Source of the DNA: an uncultured Pseudomonadota bacterium
GTDB lineage: Bacteria > Pseudomonadota > Alphaproteobacteria > Rs-D84
Reading direction: 5' to 3'
NCBI GenBank assembly: GCA_937885575.1
Contig: CALABO010000014.1
Location: 84,726 to 148,725 of the forward strand
DNA: 64,000 nt
In this document: positions 52,319 to 62,379 of the stretch, one piece after another
How the letters are laid out: every line of letters starts with the position of its first letter
How positions within the stretch are numbered: the stretch's first letter is position 1
Position numbers and translations under genes: made by a program
The notes under the pieces: generated by a model
Told to the model about the DNA's origin: nothing
Seen by the model: only the letters and a program-made list of their open reading frames with translations
Databases searched by the model: none

Positions 52319-53728
52319 ATGCTTAAAAAAATTTTCGTTTTGATTGCCTTGTGTGTGCCAACGGTTGTTTGTGCGGCACCGGAAAAGAAAAAAGAACCAA
52401 TCGTTCATATGACGGATGAAGAAATATATTCTGAACTTAAAAAACTTGCCATGGTGTTTGAGGTTTCGCGTGAAAACTTTGTCGAAGAAGCCGACGAACG
52501 CAAAATGTTGGAAGGCGCGATGAACGGTATGTTGGAAGCGCTGGACCCGCATTCGTCGTATTTGTCCAAAGATGATTTCAAAGATTTTAATGATAAATCC
52601 AGTGGTTCTTTTGGTGGGCTTGGAATACAAATTACGTCCGACCGTGGGGCGGTGCGTGTGATTTCGCCGATTGATGATACGCCGGCGGCCAAGGCGGGGA
52701 TAAAGGCCGGTGACTATATCACGCATATTGATGATGAACCGGTGTTCGATTTGACATTGAACCAGGCGGTAAAAAAAATGAAGGGAAAACCCGGAACCAA
52801 GGTGAAACTTACCATTGTGTCTGGAACAAATGAACCAAAAACTTTGACGCTTAAACGTGCGATTATCAAGGTGCAATCGGTTAAGTTCAGTGAAAAAACA
52901 CTGGCCGATGCGGACGAAGATACGCCAAAGATTGGGTATATTCGTATTTCTGATTTCGGTGCGACAACGGCCAAGGATTTGCGCGATGCGATAACTAAAC
53001 TTGAAAAGAAAGATGTGGTGGGATATGTGCTGGATGTGCGCAATAATCCGGGCGGATATTTAACCGCGGCGATTGATGTGTCGGATGCTTTTTTGGATGG
53101 TGGCGAAATCGTTTCCACGCGCGGAAAAGATAAAACCGACATAGAACGGAGTATGGCAACGCCCGGCGATATGATAAATGGCAAACCTTTGGTGGTGCTT
53201 ATCAATCATGGGTCGGCGTCCGCGTCGGAAATTGTTGCGGGCGCGATTCAAGATAACGGGCGCGGTGTGATTATGGGATCGCAGAGTTTCGGCAAGGGTA
53301 GTGTGCAACAACAAAAGCCCTTTGGCGATGGCACGGCGATTCATTTGACGATTGCGCGGTACTATACACCCAGTGGCCGTTCAATTCAAAATACGGGGAT
53401 TACCCCAGATGTAGAGGTTCTGCAAAGCAAGGTTGAAAAGATTGAAAAACGTGAAAGTTTTTATTCCGAAGCGTCTTTCCGTAATGCACTAAAAAATGAA
53501 GAGGCCGAAAAGAAAGCAAAGAAAAAGTCCGATGATACCAAGAAAAAAGACGAAGACGATGACGACCGCGAATTGACCGATGAAGAAAAAGATGCACGGG
53601 ATTATCAGTTGCAACGCGGTATGGAAATGGTAATTGCATTGTCGAAAATGGCGGAACATGCGCGGACCGCGGCGGAACCAAAGTCCGATTCGGATGAAGA
53701 TGACGATAAACAATCCGACAAAAAATAA
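52319..53728 (+). CDS. ctpA: carboxy-terminal processing protease (S41 family)
   Basis: PDZ domain (GIKAGDYITHIDDEPV), S41 catalytic region (GSASASEIVAGAIQDN, SFGKGSVQ), and an acidic/lysine-rich C-terminal tail. Confidence 0.93.
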   Translation: MLKKIFVLIALCVPTVVCAAPEKKKEPIVHMTDEEIYSELKKLAMVFEVSRENFVEEADERKMLEGAMNGMLEALDPHSSYLSKDDFKDFNDKSSGSFGGLGIQITSDRGAVRVISPIDDTPAAKAGIKAGDYITHIDDEPVFDLTLNQAVKKMKGKPGTKVKLTIVSGTNEPKTLTLKRAIIKVQSVKFSEKTLADADEDTPKIGYIRISDFGATTAKDLRDAITKLEKKDVVGYVLDVRNNPGGYLTAAIDVSDAFLDGGEIVSTRGKDKTDIERSMATPGDMINGKPLVVLINHGSASASEIVAGAIQDNGRGVIMGSQSFGKGSVQQQKPFGDGTAIHLTIARYYTPSGRSIQNTGITPDVEVLQSKVEKIEKRESFYSEASFRNALKNEEAEKKAKKKSDDTKKKDEDDDDRELTDEEKDARDYQLQRGMEMVIALSKMAEHARTAAEPKSDSDEDDDKQSDKK

Positions 53729-53749
53729 TTTGTTTTAGGTACAAAAATT

Positions 53750-53776
53750 ACGGGCGCGTTCGCGCCCGTTTCTTGT
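53750..53776. terminator. hairpin terminator between convergent genes
   Basis: Stem ACGGGCGC / GCGCCCGT with a small loop, followed by TTTCTTGTT. Confidence 0.55.
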
Positions 53777-53783
53777 TAAGTTT

Positions 53784-54047
53784 TTATTTCTTTTTATTCG
53801 GCTTTGTTGTCTTGGCCGGTGTTTTCTTGAATTCGCGGTGAAGTGCAACAATGCATGCGTATGCGATTAATGCCGACAGTGCGGTTATTGCACCACTGAT
53901 TAAACCATCAGAAAATATTGCGAATAATATTATCGCCAAAACCAGGACAATCGTATAGCCCAAATTTTTTACCAATGTTGATAAAATCTTTTCAAGTGTT
54001 TTCATAATAATTCCTTTTGTTATGTGTGCACGCGTATTATACCACAT
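53784..54047 (-). CDS. small membrane protein of unknown function (73-87 aa)
   Basis: Two predicted TM helices (YTIVLVLAIILFAIF and AITALSALIAYACIVAL) and a Lys-rich tail. An alternative start MKTLEK lies at 54005. Confidence 0.5.
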   Translation of the reverse strand: MWYNTRAHITKGIIMKTLEKILSTLVKNLGYTIVLVLAIILFAIFSDGLISGAITALSALIAYACIVALHREFKKTPAKTTKPNKKK

Positions 54048-54066
54048 TTTTGATTTTTTTGGTAGT

Positions 54067-54093
54067 AAAAAAAACGCCAGTCGGCGTTTTTTT
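54067..54093. terminator. bidirectional hairpin terminator
   Basis: A8 run, stem ACGCC / GGCGT with loop AGTC, then a T7 run. Confidence 0.6.
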
Positions 54094-54256
54094 ACCGATG
54101 TTTCCGACCATGTTCTGATTTTTTGAATCGTAATTGCAGATATCTAATCAATGCTTCGGCCGCGCTTTGATAATGTTCAGATATACGACCGTTCCAAGAT
54201 GGGTATGAAACCCGCCATTCTGAACCTTGTGTTTTACTAAGTTTAACTTTTTTCAT
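54092..54256 (-). CDS. small ORF (54 aa) missed by the ORF track
   Basis: MKKVKLSKTQGSEWRVSYPSWNGRISEHYQSAAEALIRYLQLRFKKSEHGRKHR. Strong RBS AAAGGGGAACAAAT-ATG. It lies 14 nt downstream of the preceding gene and is followed by a terminator. Confidence 0.5.
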   Translation of the reverse strand: MKKVKLSKTQGSEWRVSYPSWNGRISEHYQSAAEALIRYLQLRFKKSEHGRKHR

Positions 54257-54270
54257 ATTTGTTCCCCTTT

Positions 54271-55059
54271 TTACAAAATTATCTGTCCGCCAAGGTATGC
54301 GTTCTTTGGAATCGGACCAAATGATGAACTTGGTGTGACGTATATGTTCCCAGTGATATCAAAACGCCCGCAAAAATGCAAGATGCCCAAATCGCGCAGG
54401 AATAAATTACCTTCGATTTTGATGTCGCACGGCAACACGTATTTATACATGTGTTGCAGGTAAAGGTTCCCGCGAATATGCGCGCCGTTTTTCAAAACAA
54501 TCGCCTCTTCGCGTGATTCGATTATAACATCGCCATAGATTTTCCCATCGCCTTGTGGACGCAGTGTTGGGTCATCAGACGGTTTCGTTTCAACAACATT
54601 GATTGTCGTTTCCATGTTGCCTGTTTTCGCATCGCGTTTTACCGGTATGGTTTTTGATATAACACGCGAACCACGTTTTGCCTCTATGGTCACGGTCTTT
54701 TCGGTTGCATTAACAACAACCGGCGCGTGGCGGCAATTCACGATATTGATTATCAGCATAGAAAATAGAACGATAATCGCAACCAACAAAGTCAGGTTGA
54801 TAAGGCCGACTAAATTTATGCCACATAGCCATTTCCAAATTTTCTTGGCGACCCAAACAATGCCGTCCCAAATCCACGAACAAAACGCGCAAACCGTGTC
54901 AAAAATCCACCGCAACGCGCGCGCAATTAAACGGAAAGGAAACAGCACCGCGCGTTCAAAGCCCGTTTCTGTTTGGCGAATGCGCTTGCTCGCCGCCGCA
55001 TATTCGGCTTCGCGCCGCATGCGTTTCGCATTCATTTTCATCTTTAATTTCTTAAACAT
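54271..55059 (-). CDS. membrane-anchored protein of unknown function with a possible beta-helical C-terminal domain
   Basis: Basic N-terminus, hydrophobic segments (WIFDTVCAFCSWIW and LVGLINLTLLVAIIVLFSMLIINIV), and C-terminal repeats of the G-x-I/L-x-G type (GDVII...GAHIRGNLYL...IEGNLFL...ITGNIYV). Confidence 0.55.
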   Translation of the reverse strand: MFKKLKMKMNAKRMRREAEYAAASKRIRQTETGFERAVLFPFRLIARALRWIFDTVCAFCSWIWDGIVWVAKKIWKWLCGINLVGLINLTLLVAIIVLFSMLIINIVNCRHAPVVVNATEKTVTIEAKRGSRVISKTIPVKRDAKTGNMETTINVVETKPSDDPTLRPQGDGKIYGDVIIESREEAIVLKNGAHIRGNLYLQHMYKYVLPCDIKIEGNLFLRDLGILHFCGRFDITGNIYVTPSSSFGPIPKNAYLGGQIIL

Positions 55060-55167
55060 ATTTTGCCTTTTTTTGATTATTGTGCTATAAATATAGTATA
55101 AAAAAATCATTTGTCAAATAATTTTATTGTTTTTGGTGAAATTTTATTTTGGGTGTATAATTGTCTT

Positions 55168-55893
55168 ATGCGGGGGATATTTTTTGCTTTTTTACTGTGT
55201 TCTTGTGCGGTGACGTGGCGGCCGGCGGATGATTTTGCGCCGGTCACGGTGCACACGGGCAAGTTTGATATTTTGACATACCAAAAAAACACCGACACAC
55301 GCGCGCCGGTGCATATTTATATAGAGGGCGACGGCCATTCGTTTGATGCCTATGGCGCACCGACGGGCGACCCGACACCGCGCGACACAATGGTGCGCGA
55401 TTTGGCGATGCGCGATACCGCCCCAAATGTTGTTTATATGGCGCGCCCGTGCCAGTATATAATGTCCGAAAAATGCGACGAAAAATACTGGACCGATGGG
55501 CGTTTCGCGCCGGCGGTGATAAATGCGATGAGTATGGCCGTGACCCAGGTTGCATCCGGCCGGCCAATTGTTTTGATTGGATATTCCGGCGGTGCGATGG
55601 TCGGCGGTTTGATTATAAAGCGCAACCCGGCGTTGCCGATTAAAAAGTGGATTACGATTGCGGGCGTGCTGAATCATGCGGATTGGACGGCGTATTTTGG
55701 GGACACACCGTTGCGGCAATCGTTGAACCTGAAACGGTTGCCGGACGTGCGTGCGTTGCACTATGTTGGCGCGGACGATGATGTCGTGCCGATGGAACTT
55801 TCGCAGAAATGGATTGGCGATAACGACAAAATAATCATCGTCCCCGACGCCGACCACGACGATTTCACAGATTTAGATATTGATTTTGAATAA
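55168..55893 (+). CDS. alpha/beta hydrolase-fold protein, possible lipoprotein
   Basis: Signal peptide with possible lipobox MRGIFFAFLLCSC. Nucleophile elbow GYSGG (GxSxG). C-terminal D..H (PDADHDDF). Confidence 0.65.
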   Translation: MRGIFFAFLLCSCAVTWRPADDFAPVTVHTGKFDILTYQKNTDTRAPVHIYIEGDGHSFDAYGAPTGDPTPRDTMVRDLAMRDTAPNVVYMARPCQYIMSEKCDEKYWTDGRFAPAVINAMSMAVTQVASGRPIVLIGYSGGAMVGGLIIKRNPALPIKKWITIAGVLNHADWTAYFGDTPLRQSLNLKRLPDVRALHYVGADDDVVPMELSQKWIGDNDKIIIVPDADHDDFTDLDIDFE

Positions 55894-55919
55894 AAAAAAG
55901 CCCCGTATGGGGCTTTTTT
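55892..55919. terminator. bidirectional hairpin terminator (hydrolase gene / groEL)
   Basis: A8 run, stem GCCCC / GGGGC with loop GTAT, then a T6 run. Confidence 0.75.
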
Positions 55920-57534
55920 ACATCATGCCTGGCATGCCGGCGGGCATTTGCGATGCGGGTTTTTCTTCGGGAATTTCAACCATCACCGCACCGGTCGTCA
56001 ATAATACGCCAGCGGTTGAAGATGCCGCCATGATTGCGGTTTTTACAACCTTGGCCGGGTCGATAATTCCCGCCTTCATCATATCGACATATTCGCCGGT
56101 TTGCGCGTTGTATCCAAAGTTGTAATCTTTGCCTTCGGACACTTTGCCGACAACTATTTCGCCCGACACGCCGGCGTTTTCGGCAATCTGCGCGCATGGT
56201 GCAACGATTGCGCGGCGAACAATATCGATACCGACATTTTGATCGGCGTTTTCGCCCTTGGCCTTGGCCAATGCCGCACCCGCACGCAACAGTGCAACGC
56301 CACCGCCCGCGACAATTCCGTCCGCCACCGCGGCACGTGTCGCCGCCAGTGCGTCGTCAACGCGGTCTTTCTTTTCTTTGACCTCTACTTCGGTCATGCC
56401 GCCAACCTTGATAACCGCGACACCACCAACGATTTTGGCAAGGCGTTCCGACAATTTTTCACGGTCATAGTCACTGGTGCTTGTCTTTATATTCGCACGA
56501 ATTTCGTCCGCACGTGCGGCGATCGCCTTTTTATCGCCCGCGCCACCAACAATAAGTGTTGTTGATTTATCGACAACAACACGCTTTGCCGCGCCCAACA
56601 CCGCCGGCGTCAGGTTTTCGAACGTCATACCCATATCGTCCGACACAACCGTCGCACCCGTCACAATCGCAATATCGCGCAACATTTCTTTGCGGCGGTC
56701 GCCAAAACCCGGTGCCTTGACCGCGCAAACCTTTAATCCGCCGCGCAGACGGTTCAACACCAATGTCGCCAGTGCTTCGGATTCGACATCTTCGGCGATA
56801 ATAAGCAACGGTTTGCCCTGTTGTGCGATTGGTTCCAGTATTGGCAACAACGCCTGAATCCCCGTGATTTTCTTTTCGGAAACAAGTATTTGCGCGCCGT
56901 CAAGTTCCGCAATCATTTTCTCGCTATTGCTGACAAAGTATGGCGACATAAAACCTTGGTCGAATTGCATGCCTTCGACGACATCGATTTCAGTGTCCAA
57001 TCCTTTGGCTTCTTCAACCGTGATAACGCCTTCTTTGCCGACGCGTTCCATCGCATCAGCGATTTTTTTACCAATGTCCGCATCGCCGTTCGCAGAAATT
57101 GTTGCGACCTGGGCGATTTCAGAACTGTTTTTAACGGGGCGCGCATGCGATTCAATGTCCGCCACGACCGCGGCGGTTGCGATGTCAATTCCGCGCTTTA
57201 TGTCCATCGGGTTCATGCCCGCGGCGATAACGCGGCGACCTTCGCGAAAGATTTTCTGCGCCAACACCGTTGCCGTTGTTGTTCCGTCACCGGCATCATC
57301 GCCCGCCTTTTTCGCGACTTCCTGAATCATCCTTGCACCGATGTTTTCCGCCGGTTCTTTTAGCGATACCGCCTTGGCGACCGTAACACCGTCCTTGGTT
57401 GCGACCGGCGCGCCATATGATTTATCGATGACGACCGTGCGACCCTTTGGGCCCATAGTAATCTTTACCGCATCGGCAAGTTTATCAACACCCGCCGCGA
57501 TTTTATCAGTATTAAAAATAATATCTTTTGCCAT
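55918..57534 (-). CDS. groL: chaperonin GroEL
   Basis: 538 aa with [19 protein letters not shown] and the C-terminal GMPGMM tail. Confidence 0.98.
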   Translation of the reverse strand: MAKDIIFNTDKIAAGVDKLADAVKITMGPKGRTVVIDKSYGAPVATKDGVTVAKAVSLKEPAENIGARMIQEVAKKAGDDAGDGTTTATVLAQKIFREGRRVIAAGMNPMDIKRGIDIATAAVVADIESHARPVKNSSEIAQVATISANGDADIGKKIADAMERVGKEGVITVEEAKGLDTEIDVVEGMQFDQGFMSPYFVSNSEKMIAELDGAQILVSEKKITGIQALLPILEPIAQQGKPLLIIAEDVESEALATLVLNRLRGGLKVCAVKAPGFGDRRKEMLRDIAIVTGATVVSDDMGMTFENLTPAVLGAAKRVVVDKSTTLIVGGAGDKKAIAARADEIRANIKTSTSDYDREKLSERLAKIVGGVAVIKVGGMTEVEVKEKKDRVDDALAATRAAVADGIVAGGGVALLRAGAALAKAKGENADQNVGIDIVRRAIVAPCAQIAENAGVSGEIVVGKVSEGKDYNFGYNAQTGEYVDMMKAGIIDPAKVVKTAIMAASSTAGVLLTTGAVMVEIPEEKPASQMPAGMPGMM

Positions 57535-57545
57535 AACTTTCCCCC

Positions 57546-57833
57546 TTATTTAATTATTCCCAAAATATCGGATTCTTTGACAAGAACATATTCCTTGCCG
57601 TCAATTTTAACCTCGTTCGCAGATGCCGCCCATTTTGCGACCAGGACAATATCCTTTGGCTTTACGGTCATCGCCATGCGCGTGCCGTTTTGAAATTCGC
57701 CGTCGCCGACCGCGATTACTTCGCCCCGCGCGGGCTTTTCACGGGCGGCGTCCGGAATAATGATTCCGCCGGCGGTTTTATTGTCTTCGTCAATTCGCTT
57801 GATTAGCACATAGTTATTTAATGGTTTGAACAT
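57546..57833 (-). CDS. groS: co-chaperonin GroES
   Basis: [13 protein letters not shown]....[10 protein letters not shown] with a mobile loop. 95 aa. Confidence 0.97.
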   Translation of the reverse strand: MFKPLNNYVLIKRIDEDNKTAGGIIIPDAAREKPARGEVIAVGDGEFQNGTRMAMTVKPKDIVLVAKWAASANEVKIDGKEYVLVKESDILGIIK

Positions 57834-57877
57834 AAAAAACTCCTTTTGTTATTTCCTGTGCGCTTTCGATGCCGAAA

Positions 57878-57907
57878 ATATAGTTATAAAAATCAGGGTT
57901 TCAAGGG
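57878..57907 (-). promoter_or_regulatory. RpoH (sigma32)-type heat-shock promoter upstream of groES
   Basis: The minus strand reads CCCTTGAA, with N17 after the CTTG core, then aCTATAT. This matches the alphaproteobacterial consensus CTTG-N17-CYTATNT at 6 of 7 positions in the -10 element. Confidence 0.5.
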
Positions 57908-58002
57908 TTCGGGAAATGAATCTTGGTAATTTTAATCCCTTGCCTTTGGTTTGAAATGGGGGTATGATTTGGCGAAATAAAAAAATCACAGGGGATAAAG
58001 AT

Positions 58003-61000
58003 ATGGCAAATTTAATTGTTGACGGAAACTGGGCGGCGGCGGATGTTGCGTATCGCTGTGTGGACTTTGCGGCGATTTACCCGATTACCCCAAGCAGTAC
58101 GATGGGTGAACTGACCGATGAATGGTCGTTTCAGCACAAGAAAAATATATGGGGTGCAATTCCGCAAATAATCGAAATGGAATCCGAAGGTGGCGCGGCC
58201 GGCGCGATGCATGGCGCGTTGCAAATGGGGACACTTGCCACGACTTTTACCGCGTCGCAGGGGCTTTTGCTTATGATTCCGAATATGTATAAAATCGCGG
58301 GCGAACAGACGCCGTTTGTTATGCATGTGGCGGCGCGCGCACTTGCCACGCATGCGCTATCGATTTTCGGCGACCACAGTGATGTTATGGCGGTGCGTTC
58401 GACTGGCTTTGCATTGTTGTCATCGCATAATGTGCAACAGGCACACGATATGGCGGCGATTGCGCATGCGGCAACACTGCGCGCACGCGTGCCGTTTTTG
58501 CATTTCTTTGACGGTTTCCGCACAAGTCACGAAGAATCGCGCTTGGCGCGTATCGATGACGAAGTTTTACGCAAATTGATTCCCGAAGATTTGGTTGCGC
58601 GCTATCACGCGATGGGTATGAATCCGGATAATCCAACAATTCGTGGCACCGCGCAAAACCCCGATGTTTATTTTCAGGGGCGCGAGGCCGCAAATGAACT
58701 TTACGCCGCGACACCGAAAATTGTGGCGGAATGTATGGATGAATTCGCGCGACTTACGGGGCGCCGGTATAACCTGGTTGAATATGTCGGCGATAAAAAG
58801 GCGGAAAATGTTATTGTTGCGCTTGGGTCCGCATGTGAAACTATTGAAGAAACAATCGCACATTTGCCGGCCGGATTTGGCCTGATTAAGATTCATCTTT
58901 ATCGGCCGTTCCCGGTGGATGCGTTTTTGGCGGCGTTGCCAAAGGGTGTAAAACAAATTGCGGTACTTGATCGGACAAAGGAACCGGGCGCGGTTGGTGA
59001 ACCACTTTATGTGGATGTGAAATCCGTTGTTGGTGATCGGGCACGTGTGTGTGGTGGGCGCTATGGTTTGGGGTCCAAAGAATTCAAACCGCGTGATGTT
59101 GCCGCCATATTTGAAAATATGAAACGCGGGACATTGCATCATAATTTCACGGTTGGAATTGATGATGATTTGACGGGGCTGTCGCTTAAAACCGATCCGG
59201 CGTTTTCGGTTGAAGACCCGAATATAAAAACCGCGATTTTATATGGTATCGGCAGTGACGGAACCGTTGGCGCGGTGAAAAATATCGTGAAAATTGTTGG
59301 GGAAAATTCCGAACTGTATCCGCAATCTTATGCGGTGTATGATTCGAAAAAATCCGGTGGGCTTACCGCGTCGCATATTCGGTTTTCAGATAAACCTATT
59401 CAAAGTCAGTATTTGGTAGAGGTTGCAGATTTCATAAGTGTTTCGAACTTTATGATTGCACAAAGGTTTGATGTGTTTCGATCCTTGCGCGCCGGTGGAA
59501 CGGTTATGATAAATACACCGCTTGCGCCGGATGTGGCGTTTGCAAATTTGCCCAGAACTGTGCAGGAACACCTTATGCGGTTGCGCGCGAATGTGTATTT
59601 TTTGGACGCGAACGGCGCGGCGGCGGAATTGGGATTGGGGAACCGTATCAATACATTTATAATGCTAAATTTCTTTAATTTAACGCGGGTTATTGACCCC
59701 GCCGTTGCCGCAAAATCCGCCAAGGCCGCGATTGAAAAGACGTATAAGAAAAAAGGTATGGATGTGGTTGCCGCGAACTGGGCGGCGGTGGATAGGGCGG
59801 CGGGATATTTGAAACACTTTGATATGCCGTCGTCGGTGTCGAACTTTGCACCGGATTTTGTGCCGGCGATGACGGTGGATGCGCCAAATATAATTGCGGG
59901 GACGCTTGGCGAAATGGCGGCGGGGCGCGGGGACGCAATTCCGGTGTCGCGGTTTCGTGTTGGCGGCGAATTCGGCGCGGGGCAATATCCGGTTGGAACA
60001 TCAAAGTACGAAAAGCGTGCGGTCGCATCGCGCGTGGCAAAGTGCGATTTGGAAAAGTGTATTCAGTGCGGGCGGTGTTCAATGCTCTGTCCACATGCGG
60101 CGATTCGTATCAAGGCACTGACGGCAGAGCAGGCGGATGAGGCACGTGCCAAGGGTGTTATTGTCGTTCCTATGAAAACGCCGGAATTGGGTGCGAATAT
60201 GTATTTCACAATCGCGATTTCGCCGGCGGATTGTACGGGGTGTGGGCTGTGCGTGAAAAATTGTCCGGTTTCTGCGCTTTCGATGGTTGATGCGAATTCT
60301 GATGACCAGCGGGCGTTTGATGAAACGGTAAAGTTGCCGGACGTGCCGCGCGAAAAACTGAACCTTAATATGCCAAAGCATATCGAACTGTTGCCACATT
60401 ATTTTGAATTCCCTGGTGCGTGTGCGGGCTGTGGCGAAACGCCCTATATTAAAATGATGGCGCATTTGTTTGGTGACCATATGGTGGTTGCAAATGCGAC
60501 GGGGTGTTCTTCGATTTATGGGGCGAATTTGCCGACAACGCCGTGGACATGTGACGCAAACGGGCGCGGGCCGGCGTGGTCGAATTCGTTGTTCGAAGAT
60601 AACGCGGAATACGGTTTGGGCATGCGGGTTGCGCTGAATCAGCGGCGCGATATGCTGCGCGGGTTGCTGTTTGAGTTGGGTATAGAAAATGTTGAAGAAA
60701 TCTTTGCGGAAACCGATATTGAAAAACAGCGCGCAATCAAAGAAGATTTAGCAAAGAAATTGGAAAAAATTGATTCGCCTGATGCACGTTTGGCTGAAAG
60801 TATGTTGGGTGATGTTGTGCAGAAATCCGTGTGGATTGTTGGTGGCGACGGTTGGGCGTATGATATTGGATATGGCGGACTGGATCATGTTTTGCACAGT
60901 GGTGAAAATGTGAATATCTTGGTCCTTGATACCGAAGGGTATTCGAATACCGGGGGTCAGCAATCCAAGGCGACACCATTCGGCGCAAGTATGAAATTCG

Positions 61001-61503
61001 CGATTGGTGGAAAAAATCACGCAAAGAAGGATTTGGGCATGATTGCGATGATGTCGGGTGCGTATGTTGCGCAAATTGCATTGGGGGCGAATCCGGTTCA
61101 GGCGATAAAGGCCTTTCGCGAGGCGGAAAGTTTCAATGGCCCGTCAATAATCTTGGCCTATGCGCCGTGTATTGCGCATGGGTTCGCGTTGCAAAATGGG
61201 CCGGAACATCAAATGCAAATGGTGAACACGGGTGCGTGGCCGCTTTATCGGTTTGACCCGCGCCTGATTGTTGAAGGGCACAATCCATTGGTGATGGATT
61301 CAAATGTGGATAATTTGGCGCCGTTGGAAGATTTCCTTAAGACCGAAACGCGGTTCGGTGCGGCGCGTGCGGCGAATCCGAACTTTGATAAATTGGTCGA
61401 ATATGCCAAGGAAAATAACGAGTATCGGACGCAACTTAAAAAATACATCGCGCATTTTGCGATGATGCAGGCAAACACAGTCAAAGAAAATGGTGAGGGA
61501 TAG
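58003..61503 (+). CDS. nifJ: pyruvate:ferredoxin (flavodoxin) oxidoreductase
   Basis: About 1166 aa, single-chain PFOR. Two 4Fe-4S motifs (CIQCGRCSMLCP and CTGCGLCVKNCP). TPP-binding motif GGDGWAYDIGYGGLDH. Start MANLIVDGNWAAA at 58003. Confidence 0.95.
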   Translation: MANLIVDGNWAAADVAYRCVDFAAIYPITPSSTMGELTDEWSFQHKKNIWGAIPQIIEMESEGGAAGAMHGALQMGTLATTFTASQGLLLMIPNMYKIAGEQTPFVMHVAARALATHALSIFGDHSDVMAVRSTGFALLSSHNVQQAHDMAAIAHAATLRARVPFLHFFDGFRTSHEESRLARIDDEVLRKLIPEDLVARYHAMGMNPDNPTIRGTAQNPDVYFQGREAANELYAATPKIVAECMDEFARLTGRRYNLVEYVGDKKAENVIVALGSACETIEETIAHLPAGFGLIKIHLYRPFPVDAFLAALPKGVKQIAVLDRTKEPGAVGEPLYVDVKSVVGDRARVCGGRYGLGSKEFKPRDVAAIFENMKRGTLHHNFTVGIDDDLTGLSLKTDPAFSVEDPNIKTAILYGIGSDGTVGAVKNIVKIVGENSELYPQSYAVYDSKKSGGLTASHIRFSDKPIQSQYLVEVADFISVSNFMIAQRFDVFRSLRAGGTVMINTPLAPDVAFANLPRTVQEHLMRLRANVYFLDANGAAAELGLGNRINTFIMLNFFNLTRVIDPAVAAKSAKAAIEKTYKKKGMDVVAANWAAVDRAAGYLKHFDMPSSVSNFAPDFVPAMTVDAPNIIAGTLGEMAAGRGDAIPVSRFRVGGEFGAGQYPVGTSKYEKRAVASRVAKCDLEKCIQCGRCSMLCPHAAIRIKALTAEQADEARAKGVIVVPMKTPELGANMYFTIAISPADCTGCGLCVKNCPVSALSMVDANSDDQRAFDETVKLPDVPREKLNLNMPKHIELLPHYFEFPGACAGCGETPYIKMMAHLFGDHMVVANATGCSSIYGANLPTTPWTCDANGRGPAWSNSLFEDNAEYGLGMRVALNQRRDMLRGLLFELGIENVEEIFAETDIEKQRAIKEDLAKKLEKIDSPDARLAESMLGDVVQKSVWIVGGDGWAYDIGYGGLDHVLHSGENVNILVLDTEGYSNTGGQQSKATPFGASMKFAIGGKNHAKKDLGMIAMMSGAYVAQIALGANPVQAIKAFREAESFNGPSIILAYAPCIAHGFALQNGPEHQMQMVNTGAWPLYRFDPRLIVEGHNPLVMDSNVDNLAPLEDFLKTETRFGAARAANPNFDKLVEYAKENNEYRTQLKKYIAHFAMMQANTVKENGEG

Positions 61504-61506
61504 TAT

Positions 61507-62379
61507 ATGGTTTGGTCGGCCATACAAGATTTTGTGAAAGAATCCGAGATGCGCATTGTAAATGACAATTTGCATGTCCGTATGTTGCCAGATGTTGCAA
61601 AAAATTATGACCTTGGTCTTTATACTAAAGCGGTGGATATGTGGTCGGATTTAGTGAGAGAAATAAGCCAGATTAAAATCGATTATCCAGATAATAAAAA
61701 AAGTGTTTTTTATATTTATTTTGTTCCAGATGATTTTTACAGGGGTACAGAGTATGAAGGGGCTAGTGGTAGACCGGAGTTTTGCCTTGATGAAGACGGT
61801 TTTCCAAAAGCGGTGTGTCAGTTACAGCAAAAATTACATGTGAAAGTAAGTAATTTATTTGGTCGGGTATCTAAGTTGCATGAATTAGCACATTGCATTC
61901 ATAGCAAATTTGGTCTACAGGCCAGGCTTTTTGGCGAAGGGTTTGCTGAAATTATTCCGTGGTATGTGTTGGGATATGAACGTCGGCTTCCTTCTCATTT
62001 GGAATGGATGTGTACATTGCCGCAGATATACACTATACAGGATTATTACGATGACAAAGTGCCACATACAGAAAAGAATAGGGAAAAAATAGCTTCCTTT
62101 CGGTCTGGTTATGTATCGGCATATTTGTTGGTGCGGTCAATAGTTTCTAGTATTGAGGAGAGATTTAAAATATCGCCTTGTTCTGCAGTGCAAAAATTTC
62201 TAGAATTGTGGGGTGATCTTGGGTATGTTGATGCCAAAGAATTTGCCAGTTGGTGTGCGAATTTCGCCGGGATGGATCCTGAGAAATTGATTTATACTTG
62301 TGAATACCAAAAAGAAGTGTTGCAAAAAATGAAGCCAACGGGCAAAATAAATGTACCACCAAGGGAAATAATAAGATGA
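61507..62379 (+). CDS. hypothetical protein with an HExxH zinc-metallopeptidase-like motif (290 aa), AT-rich
   Basis: KLHELAHCIH, followed 13 residues later by GEGFAE, which is a gluzincin-like third-ligand context. No signal peptide. RBS GGTGAGGGA. AGA/AGG Arg codons. The stop overlaps the bamE start (ATGA). Confidence 0.6.
   Translation: MVWSAIQDFVKESEMRIVNDNLHVRMLPDVAKNYDLGLYTKAVDMWSDLVREISQIKIDYPDNKKSVFYIYFVPDDFYRGTEYEGASGRPEFCLDEDGFPKAVCQLQQKLHVKVSNLFGRVSKLHELAHCIHSKFGLQARLFGEGFAEIIPWYVLGYERRLPSHLEWMCTLPQIYTIQDYYDDKVPHTEKNREKIASFRSGYVSAYLLVRSIVSSIEERFKISPCSAVQKFLELWGDLGYVDAKEFASWCANFAGMDPEKLIYTCEYQKEVLQKMKPTGKINVPPREIIR

Noticed and set aside
57834-57963. A CIRCE operator (TTAGCACTC-N9-GAGTGCTAA) upstream of groES.
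   Set aside because: No match is present. The region instead carries an RpoH-type promoter.
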